This document shows, one piece after another, positions 37,351 to 46,407 of a stretch of DNA of 64,000 bases. Positions within the stretch are counted from its first letter, which is position 1. Each line of letters starts with the position of its first letter. This stretch comes from Candidatus Hydrogenedens sp. (lineage in GTDB: Bacteria > Hydrogenedentota > Hydrogenedentia > Hydrogenedentales > CAITNO01), in assembly GCA_012522755.1 (NCBI GenBank), contig JAAYJV010000075.1, forward strand, positions 2,276 through 66,275, in the 5' to 3' direction. The translations under genes were made by a program, and so were the position numbers. The notes under the pieces are model-generated. The model did not search any database, was not told where the DNA came from, and saw only the letters and a program-made list of their open reading frames with translations.

Positions 37351-39465
37351 CTACCGTGATAATTTGATAAAGGGGCTGGCATGTCCTGAAGATGTTATCG
37401 TCAATGAGTCCCGACTGCGCGTAGCCGCCACGAAAAGCAGTGAACGTTCCCGCACGTTGTGTTCTTGTTGTGCCACAGGATCGTCGTCAATCCCTTTTCG
37501 CTGATAGGGGATTACACCTTCGTTTACTCCGGCGAGAATGACACAGGGAAACTCAAGCCCTTTCACCCGATGCATCGTCGCCAGACGTACACCAGGCTCG
37601 GAGCCATCGCTGTCCTTGTCCAGAATGGCCGTATTGAACCCAGCCTCCTGCAATACCGGCTGATATTCTGTTTTCAGCATACGCGCATTACGGGCGGCCA
37701 CACAGATATCTTCCTCAGCGCGTCCGTGACTCAGCAGTTCCCGACAATGCTGCACCAGAAAGTCCTTCTCCTCATGCAGGGAATGAAAGAAATGGATATC
37801 CGGTTCCGGCCCGTTAAAGAGCGAGGTATAACCTGCCTGATCATCGATCCCGCCATCCAGATCATCCACATCAATGCCGTGCAACAAGGCCAATGCCCAG
37901 TTCTTGATCTGCTCTGTAGTCCTGTAATTGATCCGGAGCTTGTGCGACCGTCCCCGGATATTGATATCACAGCGTCCCAGCACTACCGACGGCCCATAAA
38001 TACGCTGGTGTGCATCGCCGACAATAAACAGATCATTGGGGTTTTCCGGAACCAGGGCCCGGATGAGCCGCCATTCCTCTTCAAAAAAGTCCTGCGCCTC
38101 ATCCACCACCACAGCCCGATAGGGCAGCCGCGACTTGCCTTCCAGATACAAGCGGGTCTGACGGATCACATCACTCCATTCCACTTTCCCCAGTTCCTTC
38201 AAGGCATCACGATACTGTTCAAAGACCTCCCACAATGCGGCACGATCTTTTCTGGATAAGGTTTTTCCCCGCCCGACACGCCGTACCTTGAGATAGTCCT
38301 GTCGCGTCTGCAGATCATTATTCTGAACGACTTTTTCCCATTCATCCCGCAAAAAGTGGAGACTCCATTCGATTTGGCCCGTATAACCGACAGCCCTGTT
38401 CCAACATCCGGCCCTGTCATCATCTGTCGCAATCTGAAAGGAGAAGCCCTGCATCTTCATGAATTTCACGGCCCAGTCATGCAAATGTACCACTTCGATT
38501 CTCTTGAACTCATCGCCACAGAGATTCTTCAGATTCTGTTTCACATCCTTTGCCAGGTTCTTGGTAAAGGTAGTCACCAGAATACGATCCGTACTCTCCG
38601 TAAATACTTCCCGTACAAGATAGCGGGCCCGATGCATGGCCACCACCGTTTTACCTGTTCCCGCTCCACCCGTCACCTTTGCGGGTCCATTGAACCGTTT
38701 CTCCACCATCCGTTTTTGCGCCGGGTGCAGAAAAACACGCCATTTTTCCAGGGGCGCACTGAGAATGGCTGTCAGATCATGCTGCGAATTGATGGTAACA
38801 AAACGTCTTTCCGAGTCGGGATGTTTCAACGCCGCCGTAAAGTCATTTGTATTGACAGCTGCAACCTTGGCCGTACCCGCAGTTACCTCCCGAACCTCTT
38901 CCGCCGTGAAACCCTCAGCCAGCCATCTCAAAGCTTCAGCTGATTCTTCAGGCAAATGCTTCTCCAGCTCATACAAAGCGTTCCGGTTTTTCAATGCACG
39001 TACAGAAGGCATCAGCACGGCGGGCACCCCCACAGACGCCAGGTCCCGATCACTCACATGAGTAAAGAGTGCTTCCGCTGTTTCCGATACAGACTCTTCC
39101 TTCCGAGCCTCAGGCATCTGCTCAGCCGCGTTGACATTCACCACTTGCAGCGCACCCGTCGTTGGATTTACATCAAAGACACGTTCACCGGCCCATTCCA
39201 TGGCCTCATCATGATGATCCACCCACAAAAGGATATAGACATTCCCCCGTTCCGGATGCAATACAATACCCCGGTAATCGCGGCTGATCCGCACGGTGCG
39301 TATCTTCTCATCCCGCACAGCATGGATCTTCTCGTAATTGATACCCGACGAAGTCGGATTCTCACGGAAGCGCTCCATAAATTCGCGTACCCGTCTTTGC
39401 TGCGACCTGGGTATGCGCGAAAAGGCATTCAGAAAATCACTGGATATGGCAACAGTAGGTTTCAT
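37351..39465 (-). CDS. UvrD/Rep-type SF1 helicase with an N-terminal RelE/ParE-like domain
   Basis: 704 aa. Walker A GGAGTGKT (nt 38641-38680), VVVDEAQDF, and C-terminal MHRVKGLEFPCVIL and LLFVAATRSRD. The first 95 aa (RISRDYRGIVLHPERGNVYILLWVDHHDEAMEWA) look like a RelE/ParE toxin fold. Confidence 0.75.
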   Translation of the reverse strand: MKPTVAISSDFLNAFSRIPRSQQRRVREFMERFRENPTSSGINYEKIHAVRDEKIRTVRISRDYRGIVLHPERGNVYILLWVDHHDEAMEWAGERVFDVNPTTGALQVVNVNAAEQMPEARKEESVSETAEALFTHVSDRDLASVGVPAVLMPSVRALKNRNALYELEKHLPEESAEALRWLAEGFTAEEVREVTAGTAKVAAVNTNDFTAALKHPDSERRFVTINSQHDLTAILSAPLEKWRVFLHPAQKRMVEKRFNGPAKVTGGAGTGKTVVAMHRARYLVREVFTESTDRILVTTFTKNLAKDVKQNLKNLCGDEFKRIEVVHLHDWAVKFMKMQGFSFQIATDDDRAGCWNRAVGYTGQIEWSLHFLRDEWEKVVQNNDLQTRQDYLKVRRVGRGKTLSRKDRAALWEVFEQYRDALKELGKVEWSDVIRQTRLYLEGKSRLPYRAVVVDEAQDFFEEEWRLIRALVPENPNDLFIVGDAHQRIYGPSVVLGRCDINIRGRSHKLRINYRTTEQIKNWALALLHGIDVDDLDGGIDDQAGYTSLFNGPEPDIHFFHSLHEEKDFLVQHCRELLSHGRAEEDICVAARNARMLKTEYQPVLQEAGFNTAILDKDSDGSEPGVRLATMHRVKGLEFPCVILAGVNEGVIPYQRKGIDDDPVAQQEHNVRERSLLFVAATRSRDSLTITSSGHASPFIKLSR

Positions 39466-39614
39466 AAGATATTTCTCTCACAGAAGGCGGCCCTGTCCTG
39501 TCCGATCGGCCGTCCCATTGTTTTTAAAAGTCTTTTGAATTAAGTACAACCAGTTTATCATGAAAAAGAGCCTGTCCCGGAAAGAGTGAAAAAACACGGC
39601 ACACTCCTTCAGGT

Positions 39615-42600
39615 TTATGACAAAGCATCAAGAATCTCTGTTGTTCTGTCCGACCTGCCCACCAGAAACACCAGCCACTCCTGTTCTTCAAAAGCCTCCA
39701 CAAATTCCTCCTGATCTTCCGTAAGCACAGCTACCCGCCCATCCATCCAGGCCAACTCCGCTTCGGCACAAATCCGACCGTTGGCACCGGCCAACTCAAA
39801 GCCTATCTCAGGCGGTGCTTTGCCAGCCGCCGCACAGCTCCTCAACAGTTCGTGAACCAGCGGATCCGACAACTCCAGCGCCTCGGTCCACACCTCCGAC
39901 AGTTCTCCGCCAGACTCCGGCAAGGACGGATCGGGAAGGGGCGCAGCTACCACGCCGATTTCTCTTTCTTCCACCAGTGCACGACTCACCCACTGGAAGC
40001 CCGGCAGAAACTGCAAGAGATTGGCCGTACCCAGCATGCACCGCCAGATCTCTTTGTAATTTTCTTTTTGTCTGGCAAAGCGATCATCTTCTATTCGCAG
40101 AAGGGCTTGAATCTCCTCCCACCGGAAGACGGCGGCCGCTTTCGCATCACAGGAAACCAGCAAAGCAAGCAGGTTCATCTCAAAGAGCCCGGCCAGAGGG
40201 CCCAGCATCCCCTTCACAGGATCCGCCTCATGCCAGTCCGCAACCCTTTGCGACAGCATTGCCTCGTAACAGGCCTCCACCTGCTGTTTATCCCGGCAGC
40301 TTGTCAAGGCACTCAAAGTCAGCGCCGCTATGTTCCGTCCCCAGTGCAGGCCATCCGGATTCATGAGATATTCCAACAGAAGTTGTACCCCTGTCGTTTC
40401 AACCATCATGCCATCAAAGATACCATCGGCTTCCACAATCTTTCTGGCAACATTCTTCCGGACAGCCAGATTGGAGAAAAAAGTGACGGGCCTGCCCGCC
40501 TCATCCTTTTGCTTCTGTTCCGAAAACTCCCTGATATCATCCCAGCAGAGTGACCACACCCGAAAACGGCCGGAACGCAAAATGGACATGCGCTTGCGGA
40601 TATCATCGGCAATGCGCGCCTTTTCCTCTTCAGGCATGACATGATAACGGAATCCATCGAGAAACACAGCCACAGGAAACAGCCCCGCCTCTTCTCTGGC
40701 CGGCCAGAACACGAAGTCCGGCCTGGAAGAAAGCGCTACTCCCTGGGCATCCGTAAGCGATACCTGCGGCTCAAGAATCCATTCCCGCCCTCCGAGGGTC
40801 ACACGATGACAGGGCTTGCCCTGACGCAGATACCGTGTCCACTTATACTGCACTTCTTTAAAATGCTCCGCCAGAATATGAATGAACCGCCCTTCCAGTT
40901 CGCTCTCAACAAAATTATCCGGCAGTTCAATGTTCTCAAGCGTCTGAACCTCTTCCAGCTCGTCCCAGTGCTCAAGAATCTTTTCCAGCATTTCAATACC
41001 CAGTTCCCGGGAAATATTCTTCAGAGAATGCTGGCCCTGATAAGCATACAAACAGCGGTAACAGCCCTTCGCCCCTTCGCGCTGGCGACATTCACAGCTT
41101 TTCAGGGTATTCCACGCCTCAACCAGCAGGCTCTTGAACCCTTCAGGCTTATGCACAAATTCTTTCAGATATCCCGTTCCGCCGGGCACCTTGTCATACA
41201 GCACCAGAAAATGTTTGGACTCCCCATCGCCGCCCAGTCCCGGCACGGGCTGCTCACGAACCAGCAGATGCAGGGGATTGCCCTTGAACTTCTTCTTCAG
41301 CCCCAATTCCAGGCAGGCCTTGAAAGTCGCAAGCTTCTCCTCCGCCTCCAGAATGGATACAGGCAGTAAAATACGGATGGCCTCCGATTCCAGCTGTCTG
41401 TAAAGATAGACCTTCACCCAGGGATCTTCCGATTTGCGACCTTCCCACCGGCACCAATACCGGTGTTTCGGATCTTCATTCTTCTTCTTACGTACCACCC
41501 CGCAATAATGACAGAGTACAAAGCCATCTTCAGATACGGGACTCCCCGCCACCTGCATCATTTTATCGCGGCCGCTGCTTACTCCGAAATTCACCTCACG
41601 AAGTGTCACCTCTTTCAGATACTCAAAACCAAAAGGAAGACTCCGGATCGTATAGCCCCTGTCCCAGTTCTCCTCCTGCACATCAAAGAAATCAGAAAGG
41701 GTGTAATACTCTTCTTCCCGCTCATCTTTCTCATCGCCGCTCCGGCTCCTGTGATCCGGAACACGGGCCGACACACGCCGTAAAGGAAGGGTCATATGCT
41801 TCTGTCCGTGATCACTCCAGTTTTCACTGCCGCATTTCGGACACATGCTCTTCCCCTTATCCTCAATGAGCGTCTCCACATAGTGGCATTTGTCACAAAA
41901 ACGCCATTCCTTCAAAAGATATTCGCCGCCCACCTCCGTTGCCACCTGATCCACAACCACCTTGCGCGCCTCCGCATAGAAAGTGTTGAAGGGTGCCAGC
42001 TCGCGTATGGCCATACCCGCCCCGCGGATATACTCATGGCTTTCCATCTCCGGCTCACCTTCCGGGCCCTGTACTCCGTATATCTCGGAATACAGTTTCA
42101 CCCCTGTCTCCGGAAAAGCGTAATTGGGAATCAACCCTTCATCCGTAAAGAGGTTCAGCGGATATTTTTCACGGAGTTCTTTCATGGTGCTGTACAGCAT
42201 GGAACGCTCCATTTTGAGATCCCGCAGTCGTTTCTTCTCATCCTCCACCGATGTCGGATCCTCTTCAACCTGTTTGATCGCACTGAGCACACGAGCCATC
42301 TGCTGCTGGAGCCGCTTCAGATCGGCCTCTTCCTTTTCCAGACAACTGATAAGCTGCTGCTCATAAAGCTCCGACTTCGCATAGTCCCGGAGCCGCTCCC
42401 GGTTCGGTTCTGTCACCACCTCATCAAAATAACTCAAAAAAAGATCACACAGGGCAAGTCCATGTTCTTTCGCATACTTCAGAAAGGAAAGGGGATACCC
42501 GCCCCTGCGCCACCCCGCAAGCATGAAGCCCACCTGTGCGGGCATCACGGCCTGACGATCCTCCCGCGCCCAGCTGTCCAGGCAAAAAGCCAGAAACTGA

Positions 42601-45600
42601 CGTTTCAGCATCTCCGGTGCATCCAGATAACAACCCGGCGGATTCACGCTTCCCCCGATCATCTCAAATGGATCTTCAAAGAAAAAAAGATCATGCGGCT
42701 TCATATTGGCAAGAGCCAGTACAAGCGCATTCCCCGTCTTCCGGCCGCCCCGGCCGATGCGCTGCAGATAATTCGTAGCCGTAGGCGGGATGGAGCAGAC
42801 CATGACCGACGACAGATCTCCCACATCAATACCCATTTCAAGCGTTGGCGTACAGGCAAGCAGATTGGGAGCATCAGCCACTTTCCCCGTCTTGAACAGA
42901 TCTTCCACCTTCTCACGGCGCGCCCGGTTCAGAATACTCGTATGCTCCTGGCTGAAGATGCGGGCAACCTGGCCACGACGGTAAAATTTCACATAGAAAG
43001 AATCTCTTCCTTCCTCATCAGCCTGATAAAGATCCTCCGATAACCAACCCAGACAGGGCATCCCCTCCCAGAAGCGAAGATCGTCAGCCGCAACAGTCAA
43101 GGCGTGATCCATCCCGGAACCGCGCAAGAAGGCCGTATGTCTGGTGATCAGATAAGCATCCGGATTGATGGCATAAACCTCGTCCTTCGTCTTCGGGATA
43201 AGGGTCAGCACACCCACCTTCGCCAAAACAGCCACAGCATGTCTGTACAGCGCATTCACGTCACCAGCTGTATCAGGAATCTGCAAAGAGCGATGGACCC
43301 AGTTGGAATGCCAATTGGCACTGCCTCCGCCGAAGCGCAAAAGAGGGTCAAACACTGTCTCGCCCAAACCCAGAGAAAGAAAACGGGGGAGTCGGCTTTC
43401 AGAACTGAAAGGCGACATGAGAGGCTCATTCTTCTTCGTCAGGAAATACCTGTTCCCCTGATTCTGGCCATAGCGCTTCAACAGCGGATCATACACGGCT
43501 CCCCGTTGACGGGCCCGGGTCAGCCAGCCCAGCAGGAAATAACGGAGCCGCTCACGGCTGATGTCTGCAAGATTCGCCTCATGGATACGCAGCGCCTCCT
43601 CCAGCGCTTCCGCCGCCTCATCCAGAAGCGCCGGATCCAGGCAGACCGTGGAACACCCCACCTTCTCAAGACTCCGGCCCGTGCGACAGTTGAGCCCGAA
43701 CTCCATGCTGATCTCCCAGCGGAGCCGCTTCATGAATCTCTTCAAAAATTTCTTGTCCGGTTTCCTGTCCGGCCCCGTGATAAACGCCGTATATTCCGGC
43801 ATGGGCGCCAGATCAGGCGGCAAAAAGGTGGCGATGAGCTTTTTCCAGTCGCCATCCATCCTGATCAGCCAATAATCCACCAGTTTGTCACCGAAATCTT
43901 TCAGAGGCATCGCCCCGGACTCCTCTTTCTCAAGAAGGGTCTGTAATGCCGTACGAAGATTGAAACGAAAAGTACGTGCCGCAAAAAAGCCCGACCGATG
44001 ACTCGCATCCTGTACGGAATCCGTAAAGGCAAGCATCTTCTTGTCCCTGTTGAAAGGACTGATATACAGATGGCTCACAGCCACAGACGAAAGACTCGCC
44101 GCCTGAGAACCCACCACAGACAAGGCATGTTCGCTCTCACAGCGCGGACACTGCTGCATGTCCCGCGGAAACTGTCCCTGGCTCATCCGCCTGTGCGCTG
44201 TCACAGCCACTCCCGGCCCCCCGCATTGCTGACACACAGGATTGTGGCTCAGTTCCAGACAGCACGAACATAAAAAATCCTTCGTACCCGTCAGGGCATC
44301 CCCTTTTTCATGAGGAAAGAGATAACAAGTTCTGGCGCCCCGGTCAAAAAATTCCCTGTAAATTTCCCGCGGATCTTCGCTCACGCGACTGTCCGCCTTC
44401 CGTTTGAAAGTCAGCCAGCCCGTATGCCCGCAGTCACGACAATAGACCATGGGCAAGCCTGTGATCTCCGAGTTCAAAGGCACCTCATCGCGCCAGAAAA
44501 ACGCCGGCTCCGGAGAGATCCGGCGCATGAGCCGCCTCACCTCCCGTACCCACAGCTGAACCTGACAGGCCAGGAAAGGCGCCACAAAGCCGTCAAAATC
44601 CTTTTTCGATTCGTTGATAATGCTCAGAAAAGACTGGAGCAACGCATTCTGTTTCTCTACGGAAAAAGTTTCAAAGACAGGGTCCCACGCCGCAATTCGC
44701 TTACGCCATTCGCCCCATTCGGTCACACTGTTTTCCAGATTCGTCAGAATCGTGCGAAGAAAGCTGTGCTCACTCAGAACCCGGCCCCGCTCCAGAGGGC
44801 TCAGCGTCGGATCCTGAAACCACAAGCCGCATTGACGTGACACATAGTCCTCAATACTTTCCTCCAGCCCCGGAAGCAGCTCGTCAACGCTCTTCACCTC
44901 CGGAAATTTGTTGTCATCCAGCGAAGGCGCATCCAGATAAACCGACATTTCCTCACGCTCTTCGCTGATCACAGCCGCCAGACCGAAGCGCTCCCCGAAA
45001 AGACGCTCCGCAAAGGCCACCAGATCGCCCTTGGCCTGCGAAGCATCACCCGCCAGCGTCGCACTCGTACCCACACAACAAAGCCCTCCGGGCTCAATGC
45101 CGAGCTTCGCCTTCAAACGCCGGATCAGACAGGCCACATCACTGCCCTGCGCTCCGTCATAACTGTGAAGCTCATCCAGCACAAGATAACGTAAGCTCTT
45201 CCCGCTTGTATACTGCCAGATCTTCTGATCCTCCGGGCGGATCAACAGATAATCCAGCATCTTGTAATTGGTGAGCAGAATATCGGGAGGTTGATTGCGC
45301 TGGGTATCACGGTCCGTAATCACATGATCAGGACCCATCGTCGTATGACGGGCCACATCACCCTCACGTTCGCCCACATACATGCCCACACGCACTTTCC
45401 CCTGCAGGCGTTTGTCACCCCAGATCACCTCCGCAAAACGTTTCGCCTGGTCCGAAGCCAGAGCATTCATGGGATAAAGAATCACCGCCTTCACACCCGG
45501 CTGACGGATCGCACCATTTGCCATACGGTAACAATGATCCAATAAGGGATAGAGAAAACACTCCGTCTTACCCGAGCCCGTGCCACTGGTCACCACCGTC

Positions 45601-45890
45601 GACAGAGGCTGACGACCTTTCAGACTCGAAAGACGGTGAAAGGCACTCAACTGATGCAGATAAGGATGAAAAGAGGGGTGAACCTCCAGATAACGCGCAG
45701 CCTCCGACATGTCGCCACGCCGATAAGGAAGCTGCATGTTCACATAAGGGCCCTTGAATATACCCTCCTTCGGATCACAGAGAAAAGCCTGCAACCGCTC
45801 AGCAACATCTTTGTCCTGAAAAGAAAAGGTTGTATCAAGAAAATCCAACAAGGTGTCTTTGAGCTCGTTAGCGATAATACCAGGGATCAT
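39615..45890 (-). CDS. giant DExH helicase fused to DUF1998 and a PD-(D/E)xK-like module (DrmA plus DrmB-like)
   Basis: 2091 aa. Helicase motifs: TSGTGSGKTECF (I, aa 101), YPMNALASDQ (Ia), LVLDELHSYDG (II), GTSATLA (III), LEMGIDVGDL, QRIGRGGRK (VI). Cys pairs CDKC..CPKC and CHYCG, then YDKVPGGTGYL..GCYRCLYAYQ (DUF1998-like). RPDFVFWPA..VAVFLDGFRYH lies at aa 1723-1750 (nt about 40640-40724). Confidence 0.8.
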   Translation of the reverse strand: MIPGIIANELKDTLLDFLDTTFSFQDKDVAERLQAFLCDPKEGIFKGPYVNMQLPYRRGDMSEAARYLEVHPSFHPYLHQLSAFHRLSSLKGRQPLSTVVTSGTGSGKTECFLYPLLDHCYRMANGAIRQPGVKAVILYPMNALASDQAKRFAEVIWGDKRLQGKVRVGMYVGEREGDVARHTTMGPDHVITDRDTQRNQPPDILLTNYKMLDYLLIRPEDQKIWQYTSGKSLRYLVLDELHSYDGAQGSDVACLIRRLKAKLGIEPGGLCCVGTSATLAGDASQAKGDLVAFAERLFGERFGLAAVISEEREEMSVYLDAPSLDDNKFPEVKSVDELLPGLEESIEDYVSRQCGLWFQDPTLSPLERGRVLSEHSFLRTILTNLENSVTEWGEWRKRIAAWDPVFETFSVEKQNALLQSFLSIINESKKDFDGFVAPFLACQVQLWVREVRRLMRRISPEPAFFWRDEVPLNSEITGLPMVYCRDCGHTGWLTFKRKADSRVSEDPREIYREFFDRGARTCYLFPHEKGDALTGTKDFLCSCCLELSHNPVCQQCGGPGVAVTAHRRMSQGQFPRDMQQCPRCESEHALSVVGSQAASLSSVAVSHLYISPFNRDKKMLAFTDSVQDASHRSGFFAARTFRFNLRTALQTLLEKEESGAMPLKDFGDKLVDYWLIRMDGDWKKLIATFLPPDLAPMPEYTAFITGPDRKPDKKFLKRFMKRLRWEISMEFGLNCRTGRSLEKVGCSTVCLDPALLDEAAEALEEALRIHEANLADISRERLRYFLLGWLTRARQRGAVYDPLLKRYGQNQGNRYFLTKKNEPLMSPFSSESRLPRFLSLGLGETVFDPLLRFGGGSANWHSNWVHRSLQIPDTAGDVNALYRHAVAVLAKVGVLTLIPKTKDEVYAINPDAYLITRHTAFLRGSGMDHALTVAADDLRFWEGMPCLGWLSEDLYQADEEGRDSFYVKFYRRGQVARIFSQEHTSILNRARREKVEDLFKTGKVADAPNLLACTPTLEMGIDVGDLSSVMVCSIPPTATNYLQRIGRGGRKTGNALVLALANMKPHDLFFFEDPFEMIGGSVNPPGCYLDAPEMLKRQFLAFCLDSWAREDRQAVMPAQVGFMLAGWRRGGYPLSFLKYAKEHGLALCDLFLSYFDEVVTEPNRERLRDYAKSELYEQQLISCLEKEEADLKRLQQQMARVLSAIKQVEEDPTSVEDEKKRLRDLKMERSMLYSTMKELREKYPLNLFTDEGLIPNYAFPETGVKLYSEIYGVQGPEGEPEMESHEYIRGAGMAIRELAPFNTFYAEARKVVVDQVATEVGGEYLLKEWRFCDKCHYVETLIEDKGKSMCPKCGSENWSDHGQKHMTLPLRRVSARVPDHRSRSGDEKDEREEEYYTLSDFFDVQEENWDRGYTIRSLPFGFEYLKEVTLREVNFGVSSGRDKMMQVAGSPVSEDGFVLCHYCGVVRKKKNEDPKHRYWCRWEGRKSEDPWVKVYLYRQLESEAIRILLPVSILEAEEKLATFKACLELGLKKKFKGNPLHLLVREQPVPGLGGDGESKHFLVLYDKVPGGTGYLKEFVHKPEGFKSLLVEAWNTLKSCECRQREGAKGCYRCLYAYQGQHSLKNISRELGIEMLEKILEHWDELEEVQTLENIELPDNFVESELEGRFIHILAEHFKEVQYKWTRYLRQGKPCHRVTLGGREWILEPQVSLTDAQGVALSSRPDFVFWPAREEAGLFPVAVFLDGFRYHVMPEEEKARIADDIRKRMSILRSGRFRVWSLCWDDIREFSEQKQKDEAGRPVTFFSNLAVRKNVARKIVEADGIFDGMMVETTGVQLLLEYLMNPDGLHWGRNIAALTLSALTSCRDKQQVEACYEAMLSQRVADWHEADPVKGMLGPLAGLFEMNLLALLVSCDAKAAAVFRWEEIQALLRIEDDRFARQKENYKEIWRCMLGTANLLQFLPGFQWVSRALVEEREIGVVAAPLPDPSLPESGGELSEVWTEALELSDPLVHELLRSCAAAGKAPPEIGFELAGANGRICAEAELAWMDGRVAVLTEDQEEFVEAFEEQEWLVFLVGRSDRTTEILDALS

Positions 45891-45903
45891 GAAACAACCT
45901 CTT

Positions 45904-46407
45904 TAAACCACGGAAGAGTTGGACCACGGAACACACTGAACACACGGAAGAAATTGGACCACGGAACACACTGAACACACGGGAAAAGACTTTTGAAGAT
46001 GGATAGTAGATTGAAGGATTAAGCACAGAGGAAAAGATTTCATTTAACTTGTTTTTTTGTTTTTGTTTGGGTTGATCAATAAAGTTGATGACATGATGAA
46101 GATGTAAAGATAATAGCATTTACTTGAGGAAAAGAAAAAAGAAAAGAAAGAAATATAAAGTCTCTGTTTCCCGTGTATTTACCTCTTATTGTTTTATGCT
46201 TATATACGGGTTGACTAATATAGTTGATGATATGAAAGAGATATGCGGGTAATAATATTCACTGGATTAAAACAAAAAACAAAAAAGAAATATAAAGCCT
46301 TTGTTTCCTGTGTATTTACTTCTTATTTTTTTTATGCCTTTATTTTCTTCTTTCCGTGTGTTCCGTGATTGACCTGGTCCAATTCTCTTCATCCGTGGTT
46401 CAATTTT
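45904..46407. repeat. Family B TIR element, copy R2 (full length, about 0.5 kb)
   Basis: It lies between the giant helicase start (45890) and the methyltransferase stop (46389). The left TIR is duplicated. The AT-rich core has two internal direct-repeat pairs. The right TIR overlaps the last codons of the methyltransferase. Confidence 0.85.
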
